DNA of 64,000 nt, taken from contig NC_090355.1 of NCBI RefSeq assembly GCF_035084215.1, positions 4,588,001 to 4,652,000 of the forward strand, given 5' to 3'. Below, one piece after another: positions 1-13,000 of this stretch. This DNA comes from Heptranchias perlo (lineage: Eukaryota). Position 1 is the first letter of the stretch. Each line of letters begins with the position of its first letter. The translations under genes and the position numbers were made by a program. The notes under the pieces were generated by a model, which worked only from the letters and a program-made list of their open reading frames with translations, was not told the origin of the DNA and did no database searches.

Positions 1-404
1 CCATACAGACCAGTATGCCTGTGCTGAGTTAGTTGAGCTAGTTGAGCTGCGGGAAAGAGAGAACAGTAGGGATGCTACAATTGGCCTCAGTGTCACTGGG
101 TTGAGGAGGTCACCCCTCCTAATATCTCCTCCTTTGGCTCGGTGTCAATTTTTGTTCGATAACGCTGCTGTGAAGCTCCATGGGACATTAAAGGTGCTAC
201 ATAAATGCAAGTTGTTGTTAGTGCACTTCACCAAACTAGCCTGGCTCCAAACAGCAGTTTATCTGCTGCCTGACCCAGAGGCTGTAACAAATAGCAGCTC
301 AGTCCCACTCAAAAGGATCTGCAGCAAAACGCAATCTCCATCGATTCCCCGCGAATGAAGGGACTTCTTCATGTTTAACTGGAGAACCTGACAGAACAAA
401 CAAA

Positions 405-676
405 TTAAGAGCAGGAGAAGGCCATTCGGCCCCTCGAGCCTGCTCTGCCATTTATAAGATCACGGCTGATCTGATTGTGACCTCAACCCTACTTTCCCGT
501 CTACCTACTATAACCTTTGACTCCCTTGTTAATCAGGAATCTTTCTAACTCAGCCTTAAAAATATTCAATGACCCTGCCTCCACCGCTCTCTGGGGAAGG
601 GAGTTCCACAGACTCACGACCCTCAGAGAAAAAATTTCTCCTCATCTCCGTCTTAAATGGGAGACCCCTTATTATA
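405..676 (-). mobile_element. CR1 LINE 3' end fragment
   Basis: Reverse complement of the CR1 3' end seen at 12000-12227 and 51350-51610. Confidence 0.8.
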
Positions 677-1059
677 AGTGGGTAAAAGTGTTGTCCCAGT
701 GTCAAAACACAATGTCTGTAAGAAACATCTACAGAAAGGGGAAGAAAGGGCAGGTGGGAGAGAGGGGGTGGGGGGGGGGGGGGGGGGGGGAAGAAAAAAA
801 ACTGGGATCAAAACTGAGCAGGCGGGTCAGAATGGCATTGGCAACAGACACGGGCAAATGTAAAACCCAGAACATCTGTCCTCCCAACTGCAGGAGGAAG
901 CAGACACATCGGTTATCGGCAGGTGATCATTCACCCATTACAGCAACTCCCTGACCTCAAACGACAGGTCACAAACTAGCGAGGAAAACCCGAACGATGG
1001 TCGCCACTAACTTAAAAGGACTATCGCTCCCTGTAGAACTCTTAAACTCGGTGTTTTAC

Positions 1060-4000
1060 CTGAAGGGCCAAGAGCTGACCCATCTCCTCGGGGAGCGAGG
1101 TGAGGCGGTTGCCATGGAGATCCAGAATCTGAGAGAGAGAGAGAAACAGATAGTAACAATCTCCACAAAAACACCGCCCAATTGACCTCAATACCGAACA
1201 TTACTTACACACTTACTTACACACACATGGAATATTGACCGCTGGCACTCTCAGCGAATTACTCCACCCACTAAAGCTGGACAAAGAATGACAATTGGTG
1301 ACAGGCTATAAAAAAAATTATGCTGGCTTGCAAATAATTTTTTTTTAATATACTCGTTCTGGGGATGTAGGCGTCGCTGGCAAGGCCGGCATTTATTGCC
1401 CATCCCTAGTTGCCGAGAAGGTGGTGGTGAACCGCTGCAGTCCGTGTGGTGAAGGTTCTCCCACGGTGCGGTTAGGTCGGGAGTTTCAGGATTTTGACCC
1501 AGCGACGATGAAGGAACGGCGATATATTTCCAAGTCAAGATGGTGTGTGACTTGGAGGGGTACAGGGAGGTGTTCCCATACACCTACTGCTATTGCTTTT
1601 CTTGGTGGTGGAGGTTGCAGGGGAGGAAGGTGTGAAGTAAAGATAAATATTCCGGGCGAATACAGAGAATATTGCAGCGTGACCCACCACAGAATGACCC
1701 ACCTGTGAATCAGTCACTTATAGTTTACACAGTCAATAGAATAGATTCAATATTCCATAACATCCAGTTTTACAGGGAAATTAGAGCAGCACACAGATTT
1801 TCTGCACAGTAATGATGATTAATGCTCATCACGTAGCCAGCCCCACGAACAGTTACTCCTTTAGGAGCCACACAGCCTGTGGACCACCTACCATCAGGGC
1901 CCGAGGCACTAGGCAGGAAATTTTATCCAGCGAGGGAGAGAACAGGGGAGCGAGGGAGAGAACAGGGGAGCGAGGGAGAGAACAGGGGAGCGAGGGAGAG
2001 AACAGGGGAGCGAGGGAGAGAACAGGGGAGCGAGGGAGAGAACAGGGGAGCGAGGGAGAGAACAGGGGAGCGAGGGAGAGAACAGGGGAGCGAGGGAAGC
2101 AAACAGTGTGCAGAGCAGGGAGCGTGAAAGCAGGAAGCGGTATATAGTGAGGAGGGAGAGAGCAGGTGTGGAGGAAGAAGGAGATGGTGCACATGAAATG
2201 AGCATTGTACATACCCAATTGAAAGGAGAATCAGAAAGATTCAGATCTCCGTGAGATCTGTAGCCCGACACAAGTACATTAGGTGTAACATAAACCAGGA
2301 GTAACCTTACTCTAACACATGACCCTGCACTCACCTTCAGCATCGATAGATCCTGGATGTTACACGACTTGGGCAGTAGTGTTGACAAGTGATTAGTGTG
2401 AACAATTAAGACCTGGAAAACAAACAGAGCAATGAAGCTCTTTCAGACACAGTGCAGCCTCGTACCAACACTCGATTGCCAGTCACACTGCTGACCAGAC
2501 ACAAATGAGAGGCAGAAGTGTCCTGAGGAGATAAAATTGAATTAAAGGTACTGAAAAAAAAATCAACAGCTCACACAGGATTCGCAGGCTCCTCTGAAGG
2601 AATCTGAACCAAACACCTGTGACCCACAGCACCAAGACTGCTTAGAATTTGTCACTAAATGGCAACCCAATTTGGAGACGTTGATATGGGAAATGGAAAT
2701 CTCACACAGCAGGGGACTGAAGCACATCATCAGGACTTTAGTCTGTACCTAATCCATGCTGCCCCTGCCCTGGGAGTGTTTGATGGGACAGTGTAGAGGG
2801 AGCTTTACCCTGTATCTAACCCATGCTGTACCTGCCCTGGGATTGTAGAGGGAGCTCCACAGGGCAATTAAGCTCATGACTGTAACAAGGAACTTTACAC
2901 TATGACTTCAATGAATGAAAACATCAATTTGATGCACGAGAGGTACAGTACACGGGGGAAAATCTGCTCAGCCAGGCCACACTGCCATCGCTTGGCCGGG
3001 GGGGGGGGGGGGGGGGGGAACAGCGGGGACCTGATGTGGGGCGAGTGCGAAGTGGGAGCAGGGCTGAATGGCATGGCCCATAAACAAACAATCAGAATAA
3101 TTCACGACAGAGCAAGGCCGCTGTGGCCTTCTCAATGACACGAGAAGGGCGAGGTTACCATGGACACAGGAACTGAGTAACTCCTCAACCCCTTTCCACA
3201 GCATGCAGACCCCTTCAGTTACAGAGCCAGAATCTAGTTACATTTCACGGTTAATCAGACATTATGGGTATTAATGTATTAGATGCCAGGTGAGCGCATT
3301 AGGGTTTGAAGGATGTTGGGTCAATGCTGTACTTGATGCGACCCGTCTCCATTTTTTTTATTTGTACAGCGGCTCTCTCATCTCCTCTGAATGGATCAGT
3401 GGGTAAATGCACCCTGCGGTGTGGTCCTGAGCCACGGGCACCAGTGGGGTGGGGGGCCCAGTCTGTGCTGGGCCAGCGGGGGAGGCCCCAGCATCCTGGG
3501 GCTAAAATAATAAATCACCCCCCTCCCCCCTCAATCCCGACTGTAGTGCAGGACATCGGGTGAGGGCAGGATCGGGCCCGGCCGTGGTGCCAAAGAACGG
3601 GCCCTTGGGCAAGGTCGCAGAGGAACCATGCGGAGGCAGGAATCAGCACCTTCACTGCAGGCGTGCGGAGTCTGACGTGAATTTACAGTGCTGCACGGAG
3701 AGCTCAGGAGCCAACTCTGCATGTTGTTTATTCAGGTTTTTTTTAAAAATATAAATATATACATTTTTTGGCACAATCAGTTGTTGGATAAGAGAGAGGG
3801 AAACACACACACGATACACACAGAAATTGGCAGAGAGGACAGAGAAAGGGGCGGGCACACGCAGACAGCTCCTACCTTCTTCTGTAAGACTCTGCACATG
3901 GAAAAGACACTGGCTGGAATCTGGTAACACAAGGTTGAAAAATGAATACAGCTGCAGAATCCTGTCCAAACGACTTTACAGAATCCATCATTCACTCAGC

Positions 4001-7000
4001 AAGTCCTGTAATTCTTGGCACATTGCACCGCACTAGCTTAGGAACTGGGCCCCGAGTCCCAGTGCAAAAAATAACCAGCGGTGGTGAGGACACTCCTTAA
4101 CGGGCCCTGGGGAAGGGAGAGAGGGAAGAGGGGAAAGAAAATCAGCCCTGATTCCCACTCCTGATCACTACCCAGCTACTCCAGCTGGAAGGCATGTTTT
4201 GATCATGGGTGAGGTTAGGATCAGGCTTGACTGATGCCCCAACAGTTTAACAGTGCAACAAAACTCTTTATACCCACATATGAAGAAAGGCCTCTTGGAC
4301 GGACAGTGCCCGTCCTTTGAACTGTCTCCCGACATGGGGCAGTCCTCAGGAGAGGAGGGGTAAGGGGAGAAGACGAGACTTGGGTTCTACAGACCTCTGC
4401 TACTTCTATCAGGTGCACCTTTTACTCCCTTCCATCCCTAGCCCTTCACATTATATTGCACTCTAAGCCTCCACTCATTCCAATGTCTTTGTACGACTCA
4501 GTGACTAGTGCACCTCAGCATCGCTGGAGCCAGGCTAACAAGGGCAAAAATGTTCTGAAGAAGGCCTATCCCAGAAGGTGATCCAGGTGTCAGCTGTGGC
4601 TCAGTTGATAGCATTCTCGCCTTGGAGTCAGAAGGTTGTGGGTTCAAGTCCCACTTGAGACTTGGCCACAAAAACTAGGCTGACGCTCCATTGCAGTACT
4701 GAGGGAGCGTTGCACTGTCGGAGGTGCCGTCTTTTGGATGAGACATTAAACCGAGGTCCCGTCTGCCCTCTCAGGTGGGTGTAAAAGATCCCACGGCACT
4801 ATTTCGAAGAAGAGCAGGGGAGTTTTCCCCGCTGTCCTGGCCAATATTTATCCCTCAACTATCGTCAGTAAAAAAAATTATCTGGTCATTATCACATTGC
4901 TGTTTGTGGGAGCTTGCTTTGCACAAATTGGCTGCTGCATTTCCCTACATTATAACAGTGACAACAATTGGCTGTAAAGCTCTTTGAGACGTGCCGAGGT
5001 CGAAAGACACTATATAAATGCCAATACTTTCCTTAAAGAATTTAGTAGACACAGTGTACCTGCATCTCCTTAGCACAGCCCCATCAACAGGACGGGCTGT
5101 CTCACTGACAAATGGAACAGGTGATCATAGCAATCACCATGGGCCTCTCTGACCATAGGGGCCCACCACAGTCACAGCTTACCTCAGACAGCTCGCACCT
5201 CGATATGTCCAGGATGTCATCAGCACCGGCTTCGCGAGCCTGTCCATAAGGGAAAAGGGAACGATATATTTTTAGATGTTAAAAGAAACTTGGGGCAAAA
5301 ATAAAGTGAGAACCTATTCAAAATTTGCTCAACTTGCAGTTATATTTTCAAACACAAAGATACATAGAGCTAGAGGGAAAGACCTTCCCCACCCCCTCCC
5401 CAACACAAACACACTAATCAGTTGTAGCAGCGATACAGGTTTCACACACCCTTAGTTAACAGTAAGCTCTGTTGGAAAACCTCTTGTGGGATGAAATTGT
5501 GCTGTGTGATAGTAACTTAATGAGCAGTCCTCTATCCGCTGTCTGAATGAAGTATTCATCTATTTATTGTTGGAGGGTTGACACTTTCATTAAAGGTCAG
5601 AAAACAGGGAGAGAGAGAGAGAGAGAGAGACAGACAGAGAGAGAGAGAGAACACGTGCACTTAGTGACCAACCTAATTGATGCATTGAAGGGGAAGCTGG
5701 AGGGAGAAAAGAATAGAAGGATATGATAATGAGGTTAGATGAAGTAAGGAGGGAGGAGGCTCGTGAGGAGCATAAACAACGGCACAGACCAGTTGGGCCG
5801 GACGGCCTGTTTCTGTGCTGTCAATACTATGTAACCCACAGCAGCCACCATTGCTCTGGCTAGCTGGTGTATATAAATACAGAATACAGTACAGTACTGT
5901 TACAGCTGTGATTTAAATCTGCACCAGTTACAGGGTGAAGACTCCAAACTCCTCCCACCCCCCTGCCCTGCCCCTCCCCACAGCTGTCTTGTTCAGTGAC
6001 TTAGGCCTTTGCAACGTCACTCAAAGAAGAGCACTCAGGCTACACACAATCTGCAGGCACTTAACAACCTGCATCACGAGGAGATAGAGGGACAACTCCT
6101 TACGAGCTTCAGACCCCAGCTATGCCAGGGGATGGAATGCAAAACACTCAATTAGAGAGTCGGTGGAGATGGGGGGGGGGGAAGGGTCAACCGCCCATCT
6201 ACTCTGCTGGTAGGAGAGGGGGTGGAGATCTAATGTGGGGCAAATTAAATAAACTTTATTTATCAGAGAAGAGGGTTACCATTCACACATCTGATTTGAT
6301 CATATGCAAATTTACACTCGAAGCCCTTAATCTCAATTGTCCCCAATGTTCTGCTGGCCAGCCTCCCCCTTCCACCATCTATAAAATACAAGTCACCCAC
6401 AGTCTGTGACCCATGTTCTTGCCCACACTAACAGCCCCATCACCTCGTGTTTAGTCAAGCTCCACTAGGTTCCCATGTCTCAGAGAATTATCGTTCTCAC
6501 CTTTCCTGACCTCCGTGATTTTGACCCTGCATGCACCCTTCACTCCTCAAAAACGTGTGTTCTCATCCCTAGGGATGCCCCTTCAGCCACTACACCTCCG
6601 CCCTCTAGATCTTCCTCAGCACCTCCACCATGTCACCTCCCAATCTTCAAAAATTTCCTTAAGACCCCCTTGTGACCCTCTTCCCTTCCTCCCTCCTGCC
6701 TATCATCCTCTCTTGGTGACATCTCTCTGCGCACGATGGGTGATACAGAAACGTAACTGAGTCAAGCTAATTCTTCACTTGAAATCACAGCTCTCAAAAC
6801 GGATTATAAATGTTGGACAACTGAAGTGAGCAGAGCACAAGCCAACAGGGGAGTCAACGAACTCTCCTCACTGAACGAGAGAGACAGGCACAGAGAAAGA
6901 GAGAGAGAGAGAGGGAGAGAGCGAGTTGTCACTTTACTCCAGAATGAGATGTTTCAGCCCAGAGGCGTTCTCAGCTGGACAGTGAAGATCTGCTCCACAC

Positions 7001-9344
7001 TCAACGGCTGTCGCTCCTGTGAGCAAAATGAGTTCACGGTATTTGGTCATCAATGGTCACTCCTCCCCTTTTAAACATAAACCTGCTTTAAAGGGGAAAT
7101 TCTTCAATGAAGAAGCTGCTCATCGACTATTGGCATCAGGTGCAAGAGATGAGATTGAAATCATAAAAGCAGAAACTGCTGGGCAGGCTCAGGTGAGGCA
7201 GCCTCTTTGTATTGGAAAAAAAATAAACTCCTGACTGGTGTCCGCGGGGAATTAAACCATCGGATTGTTAAATGTTTACAAACCGTACAAGACATTGGGG
7301 GGAGGGAGGAATAGTCAGAGCCCCGATCCTCCCTCCCTCCCACCCAGCGCCCCCGTCCCGGCCCCTCTCCCCCGGCCCGGCCCCCCCGCTCTCCCCCGGC
7401 CCGGCCCCCCCGCTCTCCCCCGGCCCGGCCCCCCCGCTCTCCCCCGGCCCGGCCCCCCCGCTCTCCCCCGGCCCGGCCCCCCCGCTCTCCCCCGGCCCGG
7501 CCCCCCCGCTCTCCCCCGGCCCGGCCCCCCCGCTCTCTCTCCTCTCCCCCGGCCCCTCTCTCTCTCCCTCTCTGCTCTCCCCCGGCCCGGTCCCTCTCCT
7601 CTTCCCCCCCCCCCCCCGGCCCGGTCCCTCTCCTCTTCCCCCCCCCCCCGGCCCCCCTCTCTCCCCGGCCCCCCCGCTCTCCCCCGGCCCGGTCCCTCTC
7701 CTCCCCCCCCCCCCCCACCCCGGCCCGGTCCCTCTCCTCCCCCCCCCCCCCCCACCCCGGCCCGGTCCCTCTCCTCCCCCCCCCCCACCCCGGCCCGGTC
7801 CCTCTCCTCCCCCCCCCCCCCCACCCCGGCCCGGTCCCTCTCCTCCCCCCCCCCCCCCCACCCCGGCCCGGTCCCTCTCCTCCCCCCCCCCCCCCCACCC
7901 CGGCCCGGTCCCTCTCCTCCCCCCCCCCCCCCCACCCCGGCCCGGTCCCTCTCCTCCCCCCCCCCCCCCCCACCCCGGCCCGGTCCCTCTCCTCCCCCCC
8001 CCCCCCCCCACCCCGGCCCGGTCCCTCTCCTCCCCCCCCCCCCCCCCACCCCGGCCCGGTCCCTCTCCTCCCCCCCCCCCCCCCCACCCCGGCCCGGTCC
8101 CTCTCCTCCCCCCCCCCCCCCCACCCCGGCCCGGTCCCTCTCCTCCCCCCCCCCCCCCCCACCCCGGCCCGGTCCCTCTCCTCTCCTCTCCCCCCACCCC
8201 GGCCCCCTCTCCTCCTCCCCCCCCACCCCGGCCCGGCCCCCTCTCCTCTCCCCCCACCCCGGCCCCCTCTCCTCTCCCCCCACCCCGGCCCCCTCTCCTC
8301 TCCCCCCACCCCGGCCCGGCCCCCTCTCCTCTCCCCCCACCCCGGCCCCCTCTCCTCTCCCCCCACCCCGGCCCGGCCCCCTCTCCTCTCCCCCCACCCC
8401 GGCCCGGCCCCCTCTCCTCTCCTCTCCCCCCACCCCGGCCCGGCCCCCTCTCCTCTCCTCTCCCCCCACCCCGGCCCGGCCCCCTCTCCTCTCCTCTCCC
8501 CCCACCCCGGCCCCCTCTCCTCTCCTCTCCCCCCACCCCGGCCCGGCCCCCTCTCCTCTCCTCTCCCCCCACCCCGGCCCGGCCCCCTCTCCTCTCCTCT
8601 CCCCCCACCCCGGCCCGGCCCCCTCTCCTCTCCTCTCCCCCCACCCCGGCCCGGCCCCCTCTCCTCTCCTCTCCCCCCACCCCGGCCCGGCCCCCTCTCC
8701 TCTCCTCTCCCCCCACCCCGGCCCGGCCCCCTCTCCTCTCCCCCCACCCCCCCTCTCTCCCCCCACCCCGGCCCGGCCCCCTCTCCCCCCACCCCCCCTC
8801 TCTCCCCCCACCCCGGCCCCCTCTCCCCCCACCCCCCCTCTCTCCCCCCACCCCGGCCCGGCCCCCTCTCCCCCCACCCCCCCTCTCTCCCCCCACCCCG
8901 GCCCGGCCCCCTCTCCCCCCACCCCCCCTCTCTCCCCCCACCCCGGCCCGGCCCCCCCTCTCTCCCCCCACCCCGGCCCGGCCCCCCCTCTCTCCCCCCN
9001 NNNNNNNNNNNNNNNNNNNNNNNNNNNNNNNNNNNNNNNNNNNNNNNNNNNNNNNNNNNNNNNNNNNNNNNNNNNNNNNNNNNNNNNNNNNNNNNNNNNN
9101 NNNNNNNNNNNNNNNNNNNNNNNNNNNNNNNNNNNNNNNNNNNNNNNNNNNNNNNNNNNNNNNNNNNNNNNNNNNNNNNNNNNNNNNNNNNNNNNNNNNN
9201 NNNNNNNNNNNNNGCCCGGTCCCCCTCCTCTCCCCCCCCCCGCCCGGCCCGGCCCGGCCCCCCCTCTCTCACCAGGCACATCTGATATTCCAGCCGTTTC
9301 CGCGCCTCTTCATTTTGCTTCTTTTTCCGAGAGAAAAGCATCAT
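1060..9344 (-). CDS. LRSAM1: E3 ubiquitin-protein ligase LRSAM1, first five coding exons (gene continues left of the window)
   Basis: GT-AG exons, all phase 0: 9344-9273 (MMLFSRKKKQNEEARKRLEYQMCL), 5239-5183 (AREAGADDILDISRCELSE), 3920-3876 (IPASVFSMCRVLQKK), 2412-2335 (VLIVHTNHLSTLLPKSCNIQDLSMLK), 1128-1060 (ILDLHGNRLTSLPEEMGQLLALQ). The peptide matches the vertebrate LRSAM1 N-terminus and first LRRs. Head-to-head with RPL12, as in human. Confidence 0.95.
1339..1625 (-). mobile_element. 3' fragment of the second LINE family (same as 39755-41048)
   Basis: Near-identical to 52456-52745. Confidence 0.85.
1929..2097. repeat. 20-bp perfect minisatellite (CGAGGGAGAGAACAGGGGAG) x8
   Basis: Direct inspection. 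Confidence 0.97.
2600..2860 (+). mobile_element. LF-SINE-like element fragment
   Basis: Contains GGGAGTGTTTGATGGGACAGTGTAGAGGGAGCTTTACCCTGTATCTAACCCATGCTGTACCTG, homologous to 62780-62880 (minus). Confidence 0.55.
4587..5030 (+). mobile_element. tRNA-derived Deu-domain SINE (SacSINE1/AmnSINE-like), near full length
   Basis: A box TGGCTCAGTTGA and B box GGTTCAAGTCC; central GTGCCGTCTTT..GATGAGAC..TAAACCGAGG..AAAAGATCCC domain; tail CACTATATAAATG. Confidence 0.85.
7327..9270. repeat. C-rich/G-rich minisatellite in LRSAM1 intron (copy 1)
   Basis: Variant units built from CCCCGGCCCGG, TCCCTCTCCT and poly-C; very few A on the plus strand. Confidence 0.95.
9000..9213. other. assembly gap (214 N) inside the GC-rich minisatellite
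   Basis: Run of N. Confidence 1.
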
Positions 9345-10012
9345 TTCGGGCCGAGGCTCCGCCTGTCCCCGCGGGGAGCGGCCCGGACAGCGGGGAGGAG
9401 GAAGAGGGACAAGCGGCCGCCAGCACGTCCCTCTGCGGGATCCGCTCGCTCGGCACCGCCTCGGCCTCCCACCGATCCTCAGACGATTCTTAACCCAAGG
9501 CAGCGACTGACTCAGTTCCGCCTCCCGTCACTCCTCCAGCGCCAACAAGCGCCCAAAGAAAAGCAAGAGGTGTCACTTCAACCAACAAGTAGCGAGAGTG
9601 AAACAAGAGGTGTCCGCTACGCTGACCTCCCAACGCTGAAACCCCCCCAAATGCTGACAGGAGAATAAATACCACAGTAATCCAGTAGATAAGTTTGTTA
9701 TATATCCTACGCTTTACTATTTGGTTAATTTTTTTCAAGATTTCCAGTAATTTGCCGTCCGTGTCGTTATGACTTGCTCTGATTCTCGGACTGTGATCTT
9801 GTTTTTGCCTCACACAATATGGCGCCGCGTTGGTGCCATTCGGAAACCTCGCGATACTCGGCCTGGGTATATAAGGCGGGAGCGCGATAAGGTCTCCCTT
9901 CTCGCTGCTCCTGTCGGTGACGGTGCAACTAAACTTCGGTCGTCCCGAATCCGGGTTCATCCGACACCGATACCGCGCGTCAGAGCAGTAAACGCCGTCA
10001 GCCGCCGCCGGG
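9345..10012. promoter_or_regulatory. CpG-island bidirectional promoter RPL12/LRSAM1, with TATA box and TCT/5'TOP start
   Basis: About 670 bp between the divergent ATGs. TATATAA at 9868-9874 lies about 25-30 nt upstream of the pyrimidine tract CTCCCTTCTC (9894-9903). YY1-like AATATGGCG near 9816-9824; CCTCGCGATA near 9847-9856. Duplicate at 19795-20462. Confidence 0.85.
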
Positions 10013-13000
10013 ATGCCTCCTAAATTCGATCCCAACGAAATTAAAGTCGGTGAGTGTGGCGGGGAGCTGGCGGCTGGGCCTTGGTGGGGGAAGCATCAGG
10101 GCTCAGGGCTGGGGCCTGACTCCTGCGCGGGGCCGCGTGTTTTACAGACATGTGTCCGGTCTCTGTGTGCGGATCCATGGCTGTGGGGGGTGGGTGGTAA
10201 TCTCCGCCACGGGATTCCCGCGACTCTCCTCACCCCCCCCCCCCCCCCGGTGGTAGGCTCGCTGCTCCTGGTCACTGATAGGCCCAGCCCTGTCCCCAGT
10301 GAGGGTTTGCAGTACTCCACTGGCACTGTTTCTCCGTCATTAAACCTTCAACTCGATATCCAGACTGCACCTCAACAGGGTTAAAGTGAAACGACCCGAG
10401 GACCTGAATATGCCGGACTGCGAGCAGCCAGCCAGGCTGTTCCAGTACAGTGATTCCTTTTATTATAATAATGACTGTAACTGTAGTAAGTGTGCTGCCA
10501 TTACTGCTGTTTGTAGCAGTCACGGCACTTCAAAAGTAATTAATTGCACGTGAAGTATTTTGGGATGTGGAGAGGTGTGTAACTCTGCAAGTATGTCTTC
10601 CCATGACATTAATGCGTTGATTTGGTAATAATGGTCCTCGCTGTTCTGTTGTATTGAAGGGCAGTTGCAGACTGTTGGACCAAAAAAAAGTTGATGTATA
10701 AAGCTTCAATTTTTAGTGTGAGTCTTTGGGTTTATAATTGGAGGTATACGTACTTCTGTCAAGGAAAGTGGCCAGAGCAACAATGCTGTAGGAACACCAT
10801 CGCTTCCAGGTTCTCCTTCAAGTGACACAGTATCCTGACTTGGACATGCATCACTGGAAATCCTGGAATCTGCCACCCCTCTCACACCATTGTGGGCACA
10901 CTATCAACAGAAGGACCGCCATGGTTCAAGAAGTCCCACCATTCTCAGGACTAGAGATGGGCAATAAATGCCAGCCTTGCTAATGTCTCTTTGAGAACAA
11001 AAAGATAATTTAGATTTTAGTTGACGTTTATAAACAACAGCTTGGAGCAGTTTAATGTAAATGAGCCTGTTCCCAATGGCTGCTTCTAGTGCCTGAAGTA
11101 TTGGATTGCCAGGATTTTCTGCAATTTATGAATGCCATAACTGGCATTTGTGAATGTTCTGGTGTTGGGGGTCCTTGTGGTCACCTCACGAATTAATGTG
11201 GCTGTCAATTATCTGAAAGGCAATGTTGACTTAGGAACATGGGAACTTGGAGTAGAATTTTGGTGTAGATTTATTAAAATTAGAATTTTAATGAATCTGG
11301 TTGGTAAGTGTGAACTTTCTCACCAAAGAATAACACGTGTGCTCTTGTGTAATGTATCCAAGTTTGCCGACGATACAAAGCTAGGTGGGAAAGTAAGCAG
11401 TGAGGAGGACACAGTCTGCAAAGGGATATGACTGGTTAAGTGAGTGGGCAAGAAGGTGGCAGATCGTGTATAATGGAGGGAAATATGAGTTTATTCACTT
11501 TGGTAGGAAGAATAGAAAAACAGGATATTTTTTAAATGGTGAGAAACTATTAAATGTTGTGTTCAAAGAGACTTGGGTGTCCTCGTACAAGAAACACAGT
11601 TAGCATGCAGGTACAGCAGACAATTAGGAAAGCAAATGGCATGTTGGCCTTTATTGCAAAGGGGTTGGAGTACAAAGAGTAAGGATGTCTTACTATAGTT
11701 GTACAGTGCATTGGTGAGACCTCACCTGGAGTATTGCATACAGTTTTGGTCTCCTTATCTAAGGAAGGATACACTTGCCTTAGAGGCGGTGCAACAGAGG
11801 TTCACTAGATTAATTCCTGGGATGAGAGTGTTGTCCTTTGAGGAGATTGGGCCTATACTCGCTGGAGTTTAGAAGAATGAGGTGATCTCATTGAAACATA
11901 TAAGATTCTGAGGGGGCTTGACAGGGTAGGTGCTAAGAGGTTGTATCTCCTGGCTGGAGAGTCTAGAACTAGAGGGCATGGTCTCAGGAAAAGGGGTTGG
12001 CCATTTAAGACTGAGATGAGGAGGAATTTCTTCACACAGAGGGTTGTGAATCTTTGGAATTCTGTACCTCCAGCGGGCTGTGGATGCTGAGTTGTTGAGT
12101 ATATTCAATGATTGGGTGGGTCCATCCAAGCCATCAATCAAGCGCTATGGGGTGTGGGTGGGAAAGCGGAGTTGAGGCTGATGATCCGGTGATATGGCCT
12201 ACTCCTGCTCCTATGTCTTATGTTCTTTCTATGTGAAGTAGTAGCTGAATTCATTATTTAAAATAAGCTGCCTGTCAGTGGGTAGCGATTAGCCCACTAG
12301 TTTATGCCTCAGTGGAAACATTAGTCTGTGTATCAGAATGTGGAGGGGGCGGGGGAACCCTGTTGGGGCAAAATAGGAGTGTTGCCGGTAGACAGTTTTC
12401 TTAAATTACTAAATGTAAACTTTCCCGTCAAGAGTTTAAAGGGTGTTTAGTTAGAGAAAGCCGTTGTTTGCAAAAGCTGGTTTTGTAAAATGCTGACGCC
12501 CTCCCCTCAAAGGCATAAAACAAAATAGGGATTAATGAGTCTGCCAATGTGGGGGAAATTCAGATGAATCAGCAGACCCTGGGTTTAGTGTTTGTAAACC
12601 ATGCCTGGTGACTGTCTTTTGTGTCTCCATAGTGTTCCTCAGATGCACTGGAGGTGAAGTTGGTGCGACCTCTGCACTGGCTCCCAAGATTGGCCCACTG
12701 GGTCTGGTGAGTCTCTGCCGCCCCCCCCCCCCCCCATTACACCCATTTCAGATTACTCCTAGCAGTACTTTTTCTTCTTAACTTTTCCTCCTTTTCTCTG
12801 TTTAGTCTCCCAAGAAGGTGGGTGATGACATCGCCAAGGCTACAGGTGATTGGAAAGGCCTGCGTATCACAATCAAGCTGACTATTCAGAACCGACAGGC
12901 GCAGGTATGTGTTGGGGGGGGCGCTGCTTGCATCTACACTGACTTTTTTCCAGCTGTGGTAAAAGGGCTAAATTTTTGATCCATCATGTACACCTATAGC

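Noticed and set aside
1812-2388. Overlapping ORFs with repeated peptides
   Set aside because: Products of the 20-bp minisatellite; only 2412-2335 is an LRSAM1 exon.
4587-4660. tRNA gene
   Set aside because: The A and B boxes belong to a SINE head that continues into the Deu domain; no proper cloverleaf.
7161-9668. Long Pro-rich and Gly-rich ORFs (567-798 aa; also 18713-19943) as stand-alone genes
   Set aside because: They are translations of a stop-free GC minisatellite, several running through N. Only the first 24 codons of the 9344 and 19794 ORFs are real (LRSAM1).
9490-10035. 181-aa minus-strand ORF across the promoter (duplicate 19940-20485)
   Set aside because: It overlaps RPL12 exon 1 and the core promoter in antisense, has no recognisable domain and starts at a non-ATG codon; likely chance.
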